Source: an uncultured delta proteobacterium
GTDB taxonomy: Bacteria; Desulfobacterota; Binatia; UBA9968
Direction of reading: 5' to 3'
Assembly (NCBI GenBank): GCA_963745835.1
Contig: CAVUZH010000024.1
Span: 32,001-96,000, forward strand
DNA length: 64,000 nt
A model generated the notes under the pieces. That model was not told where the DNA came from. It saw only the letters and a list, made by a program, of their open reading frames with translations, and did not search any database. The translations under genes and the position numbers were made by a program. This document shows positions 40,559 through 50,166 of the stretch, piece after piece (position 1 is the stretch's first letter; the number at the start of each line of letters is the position of its first letter).

Positions 40559-41464
40559 TCATAGATGCAAGGACTCCAGAGCCGGCAGCAGATTGCCATA
40601 CTTAAATTTATAACCAAGGTTCGTGGCGGCCTGCGGCACAGCACGTTGACCGTTCAGCAGCATCTCGGCCATCTCGCCGAGCAGCAGAGTCAATATACCG
40701 CCCGGGACAGTCGCCCACGAAGGCCGGTTAAGAACCACGCCCATCGTTTTGCAAAATTCCGTCATGGTTACCGGATTCGGAGCCGTGGCATTGAAAGGAC
40801 CCCGAGCATTTTGGTTTTCGATTAGAAGCAAGAGTAAGCCGATTTGGTCTTCAATATGAATCCAAGGCATCCACTGATTCCCCGACCCCAGAGGACCGCC
40901 GACAAATAACTTAAACGGCATGACCATTTTTGCTAGCGCGCCCTGCCCTTTATCGAGCACGATCCCTGTTCTTACGAGCGCGACGCGTATACCATACGAT
41001 TCGGCCTTTCTAGCCTCCCTTTCCCAATCAACACAGACTCGCGCCAAGTAATCACTACCGGGGGCAGTTTCTTCGGTAACGATTTCCTCACCGCGGCCGC
41101 CGTAATAACCTACCGCAGAGGAGCTGATGAAAAATCTTGGTTTCTGTTTGGTCTTAGCAATGGCGTTGACCAAAGCCTTGGTGGTCTCAACCCGGCTAAA
41201 CCTGATTTTCTCCTTCTGCACATCGCTCCATCTCTTGGCCGCGATTGGCTCGCCTGCGAGATTAATGATGCCATCCACACCATCAATGGCCTCTTCCCAT
41301 TCACCGGATTCGCCGGGCACCCAAAAAACCCACTCCTGCTGAGTGACATTCGATTCTCGAGGAGGGTTACGGCTCAGTAAAATGAGATGATGACGCTGCC
41401 TCCACAGATGATCGGCAAGAAGAGATCCGATGAAGCCGCTGGCTCCAGTTATCACAATTTTCAT
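40559..41464 (-). CDS. TIGR01777/YfcH-like NAD-dependent epimerase-family oxidoreductase
   Basis: ITGASGFIG, INLAGEPIA..RW, SSAVGYYG, GGPLGSGNQWMPWIH and GPFNATAPNPV motifs. Confidence 0.92.
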   Translation of the reverse strand: MKIVITGASGFIGSLLADHLWRQRHHLILLSRNPPRESNVTQQEWVFWVPGESGEWEEAIDGVDGIINLAGEPIAAKRWSDVQKEKIRFSRVETTKALVNAIAKTKQKPRFFISSSAVGYYGGRGEEIVTEETAPGSDYLARVCVDWEREARKAESYGIRVALVRTGIVLDKGQGALAKMVMPFKLFVGGPLGSGNQWMPWIHIEDQIGLLLLLIENQNARGPFNATAPNPVTMTEFCKTMGVVLNRPSWATVPGGILTLLLGEMAEMLLNGQRAVPQAATNLGYKFKYGNLLPALESLHL

Positions 41465-41488
41465 CTACTACTCTCGTCATTTCTTCTT

Positions 41489-41514
41489 CTAAAGTCAAGT
41501 ATAGTTGACTTTAG
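41489..41514. promoter_or_regulatory. Perfect inverted repeat (candidate operator) in the divergent promoter of the carotenoid cluster
   Basis: CTAAAGTCAA-GTATAG-TTGACTTTAG. Its centre holds -10-like hexamers on both strands (TATAGT on +, TATACT on -). Confidence 0.7.
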
Positions 41515-41681
41515 CCGATAAATGTATTGAATAGTCAACATACAAGCTCAACATTAAGAGACATTCGAGATAAATAGACCTAAACCGGAAAGAAAAAGAA
41601 ATGTCGCGGCGTTGGATTTAGTGAGAGTGAGATTCAAAGGCTGATGTTCCGGCAACTTGATCGACCCGCCTTGCGGACGGC

Positions 41682-42158
41682 ATGAAAATCTATCACCTAA
41701 AAACCGAACTGTGGCTGCCTCAATCGCGCTCTGAGATTTTTAAGTTTTTCGCCGACCCGAGCAATCTTGAACGGCTCACGCCCGGCTGGCTCCGGTTCGA
41801 GATCATCAGCGAAGCCCCGCCAATAATGCGAGTAGGAGCACGGCTGGACTACCGTTTGCGCATTCACGGCGTGCCGATTAAATGGCGAAGTGAGATTAGC
41901 GTTTGGAATCCGCCGCACCGATTTGTCGACCGGCAGACTAAAGGTCCCTACCAGTTTTGGGAGCATGAACATACTTTTTTTGAGCAGCAGGGCGGCACTT
42001 TAGTTAACGATAACGTCCAATACTCGGTTTTCGGCGGCGCTCTGGTGAATAGATTTTTTGTCGCACCGGATCTGGATCGAATCTTCAAGTACCGTCATAC
42101 GGCTTTGAAAACCATCTTTAATCCGCGGGATGAAAAAAGACTCGGCAACGGTTTGTGA
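41682..42158 (+). CDS. SRPBCC-family (START-like) protein
   Basis: FFADPSNLERLTP and PPHRFVDRQTKGPYQFWEHEHTF...IFKYR motifs. Confidence 0.88.
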   Translation: MKIYHLKTELWLPQSRSEIFKFFADPSNLERLTPGWLRFEIISEAPPIMRVGARLDYRLRIHGVPIKWRSEISVWNPPHRFVDRQTKGPYQFWEHEHTFFEQQGGTLVNDNVQYSVFGGALVNRFFVAPDLDRIFKYRHTALKTIFNPRDEKRLGNGL

Positions 42159-42373
42159 TTTCTAATTTAAACGCGCAATGTTCCTCGACAAGCCGATGTG
42201 CGTGGAATTGGGCTGTCGTTCGGGTCGGGAACTGCAATCTGACTCATCTGTTTATCAATGGAACGTCCACCTGAACGAATCGACAGGTTAGCGCATCGAA
42301 TTTCGATCGGGTACAAGTCGAAATGATACCCCTGGGGCAGGACAGCGTTACGAACACGGATCCAAAAGACAGA

Positions 42374-43150
42374 ATGGCAACAGCCCGACGGTGCATTGGC
42401 CGATACTTGGTGTTACTAAGCAGCTTGATGTTTTTGAGCGGCGTTTCCGCGGCACAAGACGATAATCCCCTACCACCCGGCATGTATCGTCTGGAAATGA
42501 TCCTGGCATCGGTGGCACGTTTGCCGTTTTTTGGCATGTCCAAATCCGCATCCAGGTCGATTTCATTAATAGAGGTTAGAAGCGATCGCACCGGGTTACT
42601 GCAGCGTCACGAAGTATGCGACTTCCATGTGCTCCAAGATTCCGCGATGATCAAGATGGTATTTCCCGACAAGTTCGTTGCCGCATTGGCCAAACACTCC
42701 TATCCCATCCAAGTTGAGAAAGACGGTCAAGGATGGCGCTATCGAGCGGATCTAGGAGTTGAACGAATCGGCTACAAGCCGAGTTCGAGCGAACCGAATT
42801 TGCCGACGAAGTTAGATGACCCTTCGGTTTATGATTGGGATGGTGACGGGCATCCGGGCGCGACCCTGAAAATTTCCGTGCCGCTACTGCCCGACGGAGA
42901 GTTGTATGTCGTCCAGCGAGGTCACTCGATTCTCAACGGCCGTATCACTGGGCAAGGAAGAGTCGAGGGTAGCATTGAGGTGCGCAGCTTCGAACACCGG
43001 GTCCTTGGCGCTTGGCCGGGGTTCTTGAATCGCTCTCCGGAAATCGTGCCCGATCCCGCAGCAAGCCGGTTCACGATCATCGCTATCCCACAGGACAGTA
43101 TTTGCGAAACCTTGCGGGGCTCGCCCCGCCAGTCGACGCAGAAAGATTAG
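42374..43150 (+). CDS. Hypothetical exported protein
   Basis: Signal peptide (MATARR...GVSAA/QDD), beta-rich sequence and a DWDGDGHPG motif. The ORF track starts at 42323. Confidence 0.7.
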   Translation: MATARRCIGRYLVLLSSLMFLSGVSAAQDDNPLPPGMYRLEMILASVARLPFFGMSKSASRSISLIEVRSDRTGLLQRHEVCDFHVLQDSAMIKMVFPDKFVAALAKHSYPIQVEKDGQGWRYRADLGVERIGYKPSSSEPNLPTKLDDPSVYDWDGDGHPGATLKISVPLLPDGELYVVQRGHSILNGRITGQGRVEGSIEVRSFEHRVLGAWPGFLNRSPEIVPDPAASRFTIIAIPQDSICETLRGSPRQSTQKD

Positions 43151-43161
43151 TAGGAGCTCAA

Positions 43162-44317
43162 TTGTTTTTGTTGCTGGGCTTATTGCAGACGATACTTGCA
43201 GCGCGAGTATTTTTTCGCATGTCGAAAACTTCGCAATGCAGGGTTGTTGAAACATCCGACCAGCCCTCATCGGCGCGCATCACCATACTCCTACCAGTCC
43301 TCAATGAAGCAACGCGCATCGCAAATTGCCTGGAATCCCTCATCGCTCAACCCAATGAAGTGGCCGAGATTTTAGATAATTGATGGCGGATCCACTGATG
43401 CGACCCGAGCCATCGCTGAATTGTATCACCTGCACGATGATCGCGTGCAATGGATCGATGCCAGCCCCGCCGAGTCGCGCTGGACAGGCAAGGCCTGGAA
43501 TCTTAACTTCGGTCTCGCTCGCTCAAATCCGGCGAGCCAATGGATTCTTTGTATCGATGCCGATGTGCGAGTCTCCCCAAAACTATCTCGCTCCTTAATA
43601 AGCCACGCGGCGCGCACTGGAGTATCCACATTTTCGCTAGCCACCCGTCAGCATCTATCCGGGTCATCGGAAGCGTTGATCCACCCTCCTTTATTAACGA
43701 CTTTGGTTTACCGCTTCGGGCAACCCGGCCGCGCTTATCGCAAGGTTCATCAAGTACAAGCCAATGGACAGTGTTTCTTTAGCCCTAGGGAGACTCTACT
43801 CGGCGCAGAAGCTTTTGCCGCCGCTCGCTCATCTCTTTGTGAGGATATTACAATCGCGCGTCGATTGGTCGAACGGGGCGAAGCGGTCGGCTTTTATGAA
43901 ACCTACGGTCTGGCGGAAGTATCCATGTATCGTAATTGGCGTGAAACCTGGAGAAACTGGCCAAGGTCGCTGCCGATGCGCGATCAGTACTTCGCTTGGC
44001 GGCAGGCATTGGGACTGCTCGAAGTGTTTTTTGTCCAAGGCCTGCCACTGCCGATGCTGATTTTCGCTTGGAATATAGGCGCTCCGAGATTATTTTTCGC
44101 TCTAAATGCGCTTCTTTTAGCCCTACGAGCGGGAGTTTTGTTCGGCACCGCCAGAGCCTATGATCAGCGGCCCTGGACTTACTGGTTGTCGCCGCTCTGT
44201 GATTTCGCCGCGGCTGTTCGGCTCATCCAAAGCGCACTGTTACGGAAACACAGCTGGCGCGGCCGTTCCTATGTTCGCAGAAGCGCTGGGATGTTTGAGC
44301 CAAAAGAAACTTGCTAA
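43162..44317 (+). CDS. GT2 glycosyltransferase (carotenoid glycosyltransferase, CruG/CruC-like) with one frameshift at ~43375
   Basis: TTG after AGGAG; ILLPVLNEA, [V]IDGGSTDAT (restored by removing one base), WTGKAWNL, CIDAD, ANGQC and EDI motifs. Confidence 0.82.
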
Positions 44318-44343
44318 TTAGTGCCTACTCCAAACAACAAAGC

Positions 44344-45060
44344 ATGGTGTCACAGGGATCCGTAGTTGAATCCGCAACAGCAAAGTCGATGCGACTGATC
44401 GCCCGTGCTGTCGCGTTCGGCCGCCTGCAGACCATATCTTCAGGCGTCGGGCACATCCCTGCGAATGGACCTGCGCTTATTGTCGTCCGGCATTATCATC
44501 ATCTGTACGATGGTCTGGCGCTGTTTGCTGCCCTGCCGCGCCAATTCCATATTCTTGTTACACTGGACTGGGTTCGAAACGCGGCGCTGCAATCGCTGAT
44601 GACACAGCTAACGCGCCTGGCGCGATGGCCTGTGGTCCTGCGAGCCGACGCCTTGCTACATAAAAATGATCGGGGCGGACATTCTCACAACGGTTTCTCA
44701 CTCGCGGATGTGGAGCGATACCAGCGCAGGGCGTTCAAGAACTCGGTGCAGTTGCTCGTAGAAAATCGCTTGCTCGTGGTTTTTCCTGAGGGGTACCCGA
44801 ACATAGATCCGGCTTATACGCCGAAGATCGACAACCACGGCTTCTTACCGTTCAAGCGAGGATTCGTCGCAATCGCCCGTGCCGCTGAGCGCCGCCTGGG
44901 CGCATCACTGCCGATTATCCCGACAGGTCTACAGTACAGCTCGGGGAAAACTTGGCATGCACATGTGCGGTTTAGCGAGCCGATCAATCGTGAAAGCTAT
45001 GCGTCCGATAATGACTTGATCCGCTACTGTGAAGAGAAAGTAAGGCGGTTGTCGTCTTAG
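44344..45060 (+). CDS. PlsC-like acyltransferase (possible carotenoid-glycoside acyltransferase)
   Basis: PANGPALIVVRHYHHLYDG, VVFPEG, PFKRGF and PIIPTGL motifs. Confidence 0.8.
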   Translation: MVSQGSVVESATAKSMRLIARAVAFGRLQTISSGVGHIPANGPALIVVRHYHHLYDGLALFAALPRQFHILVTLDWVRNAALQSLMTQLTRLARWPVVLRADALLHKNDRGGHSHNGFSLADVERYQRRAFKNSVQLLVENRLLVVFPEGYPNIDPAYTPKIDNHGFLPFKRGFVAIARAAERRLGASLPIIPTGLQYSSGKTWHAHVRFSEPINRESYASDNDLIRYCEEKVRRLSS

Positions 45061-45113
45061 ATTTGCCAAATTCTATAGTAACTCGAGATTGGGGTCTGCA
45101 GCCGTGTTCCAAC

Positions 45114-45377
45114 TCACTGGCCTGACTCGGAGTCCGCCGGGCCGTTGCCAAATGCTTGTAACCGCAAATGGCCCTGCTTGTCCTTTACCAGCAACTCCAC
45201 TTTCTTTTCGACTTCGCTCAACTTTTGATTGCAGTAGCGCACCAGTCCCACACCTTTTTCGAAAGCCGCCAGTGAATCTTCCAGCGAAAGATCTCCCGAC
45301 TCTAACTGCTCGACCACCTGCTCTAAGTCTGCGATGGCCTCTTCGAATTTCAATTCTTGCGGATCTTTCTTTGCCAT
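45114..45377 (-). CDS. xseB: Exodeoxyribonuclease VII small subunit
   Basis: FEEAIADLEQVVEQLESGDLSLEDSLAAFEKG. Confidence 0.96.
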   Translation of the reverse strand: MAKKDPQELKFEEAIADLEQVVEQLESGDLSLEDSLAAFEKGVGLVRYCNQKLSEVEKKVELLVKDKQGHLRLQAFGNGPADSESGQ

Positions 45378-45392
45378 ACCTGCTCCGTCTGA

Positions 45393-46292
45393 TTAGTTGC
45401 CGATAGCGCTTTCTGGTTGTTGAGATTGGCCGAATGAAATTTTCTGGATCAATTCCATCGGGTCAACCCGAGCAGTACCCAAGCGCGCAGCCCAATGTAA
45501 GTGCGGCCCGGTCACGCGTCCGCTCATACCCGACAAAGCAAGCACATCGCCACGACGCACCATCGCGCCCGCATCAACTTTGAGCTCGGACAGATGGAAA
45601 TACATCGTGTACAATCCGCCGCCATGATCGAGAACGACGCTTTTACCGGCGAAAAAATAGTCTCCCGTCAATACGACTCGGCCGTGATTGGCCGCCAGCA
45701 CCTCGGTACCGATGGGGGCGCGCAGATCCGCGCCGGTATGAGGCGCTCGCGGCTTTCCGTTGATGACGCGACGATAGCCAAAGGAAGAAGAGGATTCCTG
45801 CGGGACTGGCCGGATGAAAGGAGCTTCCCAGAAACGTTCGGCCGCCGGCGTCGAGAATGCCAGCGCAAAATCTGCCCGTTCGATACGAATTAGCTCGAGC
45901 GCCTCCGGACTTAACTGATCGAATGATGAAGCCACAGTAAACGACTCCTGACGAAAGGCTTTCGATAGCGTCTGTACGATCGTTTCCGCGCGCCGCTGCC
46001 TGCCGGCATCGTTCGTGGCGGTGATGGTGATTTTAGACATTCCCGGTTTAGCTTCCAGATCGACACCTATGATTGCTGCAAACAATCCTGGCGCAAGCGC
46101 ATAGAACGGGAGATTCTGTTCGGCCCATCGTGCTTCAACCGAGGATAAGCCTTCGCCGTAGATTTTTAGCTCGACGATTTCACCTCGCGGGATTTGGAGG
46201 CGCGCCGGCCACCTCAGAGGAAAAGACTCTGTCGCATGGACAGCCGAACCTGAGAAACAGAGTAGGAGAACGACTGCGCCCACAGTGATCAT
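45393..46292 (-). CDS. M23-family metallopeptidase
   Basis: Signal peptide; HTGAD, YFHL and TGPHLHW motifs. Confidence 0.9.
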   Translation of the reverse strand: MITVGAVVLLLCFSGSAVHATESFPLRWPARLQIPRGEIVELKIYGEGLSSVEARWAEQNLPFYALAPGLFAAIIGVDLEAKPGMSKITITATNDAGRQRRAETIVQTLSKAFRQESFTVASSFDQLSPEALELIRIERADFALAFSTPAAERFWEAPFIRPVPQESSSSFGYRRVINGKPRAPHTGADLRAPIGTEVLAANHGRVVLTGDYFFAGKSVVLDHGGGLYTMYFHLSELKVDAGAMVRRGDVLALSGMSGRVTGPHLHWAARLGTARVDPMELIQKISFGQSQQPESAIGN

Positions 46293-46293
46293 G

Positions 46294-47517
46294 TCACTCT
46301 TTGCCTTCGACACGACAAGTCGCTTTGCCCTGCGCCAGGGTAATCCGCACAAGATCACCGAGGACTAGGCCCTCGGCCGTCTTGACGATAGCGCCATCCG
46401 AAACTTTGTGCGTGATACTGTAGCCACGATCGAGAACAGCCAGTGGACTCAAGGCAGTCAAGCGGCTACTCTCGTGGCCCAAACGTTCTTTAAAGTGGTT
46501 CAGCCGATCTGAAAAACGGCGCTGCAGATCCACAGAAAGATCATCCAGATGTTGTTGCTTTTCGCGCAACTTGCGCCCGGGATCCGATAATCTTTTGACC
46601 AGCCCGCGGCAGATTTCCTGGGCGCCGTCTATTTTAGTTTGCATACAGCGAAGCAACTGATTCTCGATCAGTTGCAATTCCGCCAGCAGATCTTTTTTGC
46701 AAGGCACAACCATTTCCGCGGCGGCGGTCGGCGTCGGCGCGCGTTGGTCGGCGACAAAATCCGCGATGGTAAAATCAACTTCGTGACCGACGGCGGAAAT
46801 CACCGGCACCGAACAGGCAAAAATCGCCCGCGCGACGACTTCTTCGTTGAAAGCCCAAAGATCTTCCAACGAGCCGCCACCCCGCCCGACAATCATGACT
46901 TCCACACCGGTCGTACATAGATCCGCAATGGCTGCGGCGATCTCTTTTGCAGATCCGAGACCTTGAACTTTAACGGGCCGGACCACCACACGCCGATCAG
47001 GGTAACGATCCCGGATGATTCTCAGCATGTCGTGTAACGCCGCGCCAGTGTCGGAGGTCACGATTCCAATCGTCTCAGGTAAGAACGGCAAGGGCCGTTT
47101 TCGTTCGGCGGCAAACAAGCCTTCCTGAGCCAGCCTTTTTTTGAGCTGCTCGAACGCCAGGTAGAGCGCGCCTTGACCTCGGGGCTCCAGTGATTCGACA
47201 TAGATCTGCAAATCGCCGCGCGCTGTGTAAAGACTGACCCGGGCAAAACATAAAACCTGCATGCCATTCTCCGGCACGAATGCTAAGTTCTGCCCCTGTC
47301 GTCGAAACAGCACCGCTGAAATCTGGCTCTTGTCGTCCTTGAGCGTGAAGTAACAATGGCCGGAGGGAGGGATCCGAAAGTTAGAAATCTCGCCAAGCAC
47401 CCAAACCGCATCCATGCGTGTTTCCAACGTCACCCGAACGAGCTGATTCAGCTGACTGACGGTGAGATACTTAGGAGTTTGGGTAAATAGCGGTAAACCC
47501 GCTTCTTTCCTAATCAC
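46294..47517 (-). CDS. xseA: Exodeoxyribonuclease VII large subunit
   Basis: GEISNF..PSGHCYFTLKD, RGGGSLEDLWAFN, SAVGHEVDFT and APTPTAAAE motifs. The start is uncertain. Confidence 0.96.
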   Translation of the reverse strand: MIRKEAGLPLFTQTPKYLTVSQLNQLVRVTLETRMDAVWVLGEISNFRIPPSGHCYFTLKDDKSQISAVLFRRQGQNLAFVPENGMQVLCFARVSLYTARGDLQIYVESLEPRGQGALYLAFEQLKKRLAQEGLFAAERKRPLPFLPETIGIVTSDTGAALHDMLRIIRDRYPDRRVVVRPVKVQGLGSAKEIAAAIADLCTTGVEVMIVGRGGGSLEDLWAFNEEVVARAIFACSVPVISAVGHEVDFTIADFVADQRAPTPTAAAEMVVPCKKDLLAELQLIENQLLRCMQTKIDGAQEICRGLVKRLSDPGRKLREKQQHLDDLSVDLQRRFSDRLNHFKERLGHESSRLTALSPLAVLDRGYSITHKVSDGAIVKTAEGLVLGDLVRITLAQGKATCRVEGKE

Positions 47518-47530
47518 GATCTGGTTCCAC

Positions 47531-47562
47531 AAAAAAATTAGCCCTCCGTGGGAGGGCTAATT
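47531..47562 (-). terminator. Intrinsic terminator after ctpA
   Basis: AATTAGCCCTCC-N3-GGAGGGCTAATT hairpin with a T7 tract on the minus strand. Confidence 0.85.
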
Positions 47563-47586
47563 CACAGTCACAGTAACCAACAAAGA

Positions 47587-48945
47587 TTATGCGGCCTTCT
47601 TCTGCACGACTTGCTTGAAGACATCCCAGCTCTTTAATAGATCCAGAGCACGCTTTAATTGAGCGTCATTGTCAATCGTTTCATCTCCAGTCGGAGCCGA
47701 AGATGGAATCTGCTTTTCCCGCTCTCTGTCCAGTTGCTCTTGTGACGACGGATTCTGCTGCTGGTTTTGCAGATGGCCGGGCAAATTTTCCTCGCGCAGG
47801 CTCTGCCTCTTGCGATCGTCGGGCTTGCCGTCCTGCTGTGGTGTGCTCTCAACGATGATATCGGGAACGATTCCGGTGGCCTGAATAGATCGTCCCTTGG
47901 GTGTAAAATAACGCGCAGTCGTAAGACGTAGCGCCGAGTTATCGTCCAAGGGAAGAATGGTCTGGACCGACCCCTTGCCAAAGGTTGTGGTGCCCAATAC
48001 GACGGCTCGCTTGTGATCCTGCAAAGCGCCGGCAACTATTTCGGAGGCGCTGGCGCTGCCGCCGTTTACCAGCACGACCAACGGGAAATCCATCGAGGAG
48101 GCATCTTTCTGGGCAAAAAACTTCTGCTTTTGAGATTCGATTCGTCCGTCGGTATAAACGATCAAGCCCGCATCCAAAAAGATGTCGGAAATCCTGACCG
48201 CTTGCGTCAGTAAACCGCCGGGATTGTTGCGCAGATCTAGAACGAGCCCTTTCAAACCGCCTTTTTCCGCCGCCATTTTCTCCAGCGCCCTCTGTAAATC
48301 ACGGTCACTGCGCTCCTGGAACTGCGCCAAACGAATATAGCCATACCCCGGCTCCAAGGTTCGATTGCGAACGCTTTGAACCCGAATGGTATCGCGGGTC
48401 AAGCTTAGATTGATCAGTTCCGGATTCCCTTCTCGTTTGATCGAAAGATTGATTTTGCTGCCTTTCGGGCCGCGCATTCTTTTGACGGCATCGACCAGTG
48501 TCATGTCCTTGGTAAAATCATCTTCAATTTTGAAGATCATATCGCCCGGCTTGACCCCGGCTTTAAACGCCGGCGTATCTTCAATCGGTGAAACCACCGT
48601 CAGCACACCGTTTTTAACAGTGATCTCGATTCCAAGGCCGCCGAATCTCCCCTGGGTATCCATTTGTAGTTCTTTATAGAGGTCGGGGGTCAGGTAAGCG
48701 CTATGAGGATCGAGTGAAGTTAGCATCCCATTGATCGCGCCGTTGACGAGATTTTTGGTTTCTACATCCTCGACATAATTCTTCTTGACGATGGAAAGTA
48801 TGTTGGTAAAGGTTTCTAAGGTTTCATAGTCCTGCCGGGGCACCGCCGAAACATTCGGAACCCACTGTCCGGCTAGAACGAATCCCAGGGCAATTCCAAC
48901 AAGTAGAATTGAAAGACTCACACCATGCTTAGTCATCGAACGCAT
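47587..48945 (-). CDS. ctpA: S41 carboxyl-terminal processing protease
   Basis: LDPHS, FGGLGI (PDZ), DLRNNPGG, SASASEI and FGKGSVQ motifs. Confidence 0.95.
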   Translation of the reverse strand: MRSMTKHGVSLSILLVGIALGFVLAGQWVPNVSAVPRQDYETLETFTNILSIVKKNYVEDVETKNLVNGAINGMLTSLDPHSAYLTPDLYKELQMDTQGRFGGLGIEITVKNGVLTVVSPIEDTPAFKAGVKPGDMIFKIEDDFTKDMTLVDAVKRMRGPKGSKINLSIKREGNPELINLSLTRDTIRVQSVRNRTLEPGYGYIRLAQFQERSDRDLQRALEKMAAEKGGLKGLVLDLRNNPGGLLTQAVRISDIFLDAGLIVYTDGRIESQKQKFFAQKDASSMDFPLVVLVNGGSASASEIVAGALQDHKRAVVLGTTTFGKGSVQTILPLDDNSALRLTTARYFTPKGRSIQATGIVPDIIVESTPQQDGKPDDRKRQSLREENLPGHLQNQQQNPSSQEQLDREREKQIPSSAPTGDETIDNDAQLKRALDLLKSWDVFKQVVQKKAA

Positions 48946-49017
48946 AGGATCTCACCTCGCCAGTTCTGGCCACGTTTGTAGTAAAACAATACTATATCAA
49001 CGGTTTGGAAATAGCTA

Positions 49018-50166
49018 TTATCTTCGAAACCAGGGCGCCGGATCGATCGATTTGCCGTCCTTGCGCATCTCGAAATAAAGCTTTGATCCCGCCAGTGAAT
49101 CGCTATCCCCGACTAGGGCAACGGCTTCTCCCCGTCGTACGAAATCTCCGTTTTTCCTGAGAAAATCCGATAAATGAGCATAAACTGTGTAATAGCGGTC
49201 GCCGTGATCGATTATCAACATTTTACCATATCCGGAGAATCGGTCGGCGAAGACAACTTTCCCCTTCTCAACAGCCCGAATCTCCTCCCCGACGGGAGCT
49301 TCGATCTCCAAACCCTTACGGAAGACCTCGGTCGAAAACTCATGGTGTTTGGTCTTACCAAAGCCGCCGATCACTTGGCCTTTAACTGGCCAATCGAGCT
49401 TCCCACGCATGCTTTCTAAACCGCCATCGGCCGAAGCTTCCTTAGATTTGGCCGCTGAGCGCCTGGAAAGTTCCTCGATCATTCTCTGCAAGCGTACGGC
49501 AGCCTGCTCTAAATCTTTCAATGCGCGCTGGCGCGATTCTTTTTCCTCTCTGATGCTGGCGAGCAACTCGCGTTTTTTTTGCGCCTCTTTTTGGACCGCT
49601 TCCTTGACCTGGGCCAAGTCACGTCTCTGATCGTCAACGTCTTGCCTTTTGCGGGCCAGTTCTTGCGCAAGCATTTCCTGATGCGCCGCCTGCTCGTTCA
49701 ACGATTGCACCATCGCTCGGTCAAAGGCCACGGTGCGTTGCAAGTAATGTTTTCGCTTGATTAATGAGTTTAAGGATAGATCGCCATTGAAAATCATCAT
49801 TGGACTGCCGCTGCGCTGCCAACGATAAAGCGCTTCAGCGCGTCGCGCCAAATAGCTTTTGCGCTGCTCCAGCGACTCACGCATTCGCAGCGCCTCCGCT
49901 TCTTTCTTCTGCATTTCCGAGACGACTACTTCTAGTTTGGCGGTCGACTGTTTGAGTAGTTTGTTTTTTCGTTCAAGTTCGCTCTCCACCTGACTCAGGG
50001 ATTGAATTACCGAACCTTCCTTTTTGTTCACCTGAGAAAGGACACGTTTTTCCGATTCAATTTTTTTCTTGATGCCTTCCAGATCTCGATTGACACTCGC
50101 CGAATGAGCGAGCGCCCCTAGCAAACCGGCAAGAAGGCAGACAGCTACAACCGCTAGCCGCGCCAC
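49018..50166 (-). CDS. envC: Murein hydrolase activator, EnvC family
   Basis: Coiled coil plus a degenerate M23 domain (KGLEI, LYFEMR, lacking the Zn ligands); follows ftsEX. Confidence 0.88.
   Translation of the reverse strand: MARLAVVAVCLLAGLLGALAHSASVNRDLEGIKKKIESEKRVLSQVNKKEGSVIQSLSQVESELERKNKLLKQSTAKLEVVVSEMQKKEAEALRMRESLEQRKSYLARRAEALYRWQRSGSPMMIFNGDLSLNSLIKRKHYLQRTVAFDRAMVQSLNEQAAHQEMLAQELARKRQDVDDQRRDLAQVKEAVQKEAQKKRELLASIREEKESRQRALKDLEQAAVRLQRMIEELSRRSAAKSKEASADGGLESMRGKLDWPVKGQVIGGFGKTKHHEFSTEVFRKGLEIEAPVGEEIRAVEKGKVVFADRFSGYGKMLIIDHGDRYYTVYAHLSDFLRKNGDFVRRGEAVALVGDSDSLAGSKLYFEMRKDGKSIDPAPWFRR

Noticed and set aside
41535-41580. ACA-containing repeats resembling CarH 11-bp direct-repeat operators
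   Set aside because: Spacing is irregular (8-13 bp), so the palindrome is the better operator candidate.
43370-43385. Programmed frameshift or recoding in the glycosyltransferase or hppA
   Set aside because: There is no slippery heptamer or stimulatory structure, and a single-base indel error explains each case.
45393-46292. M23 peptidase between xseA and xseB as a possible insertion
   Set aside because: To my knowledge this order is common in deltaproteobacterial lineages, and there are no signs of mobility.
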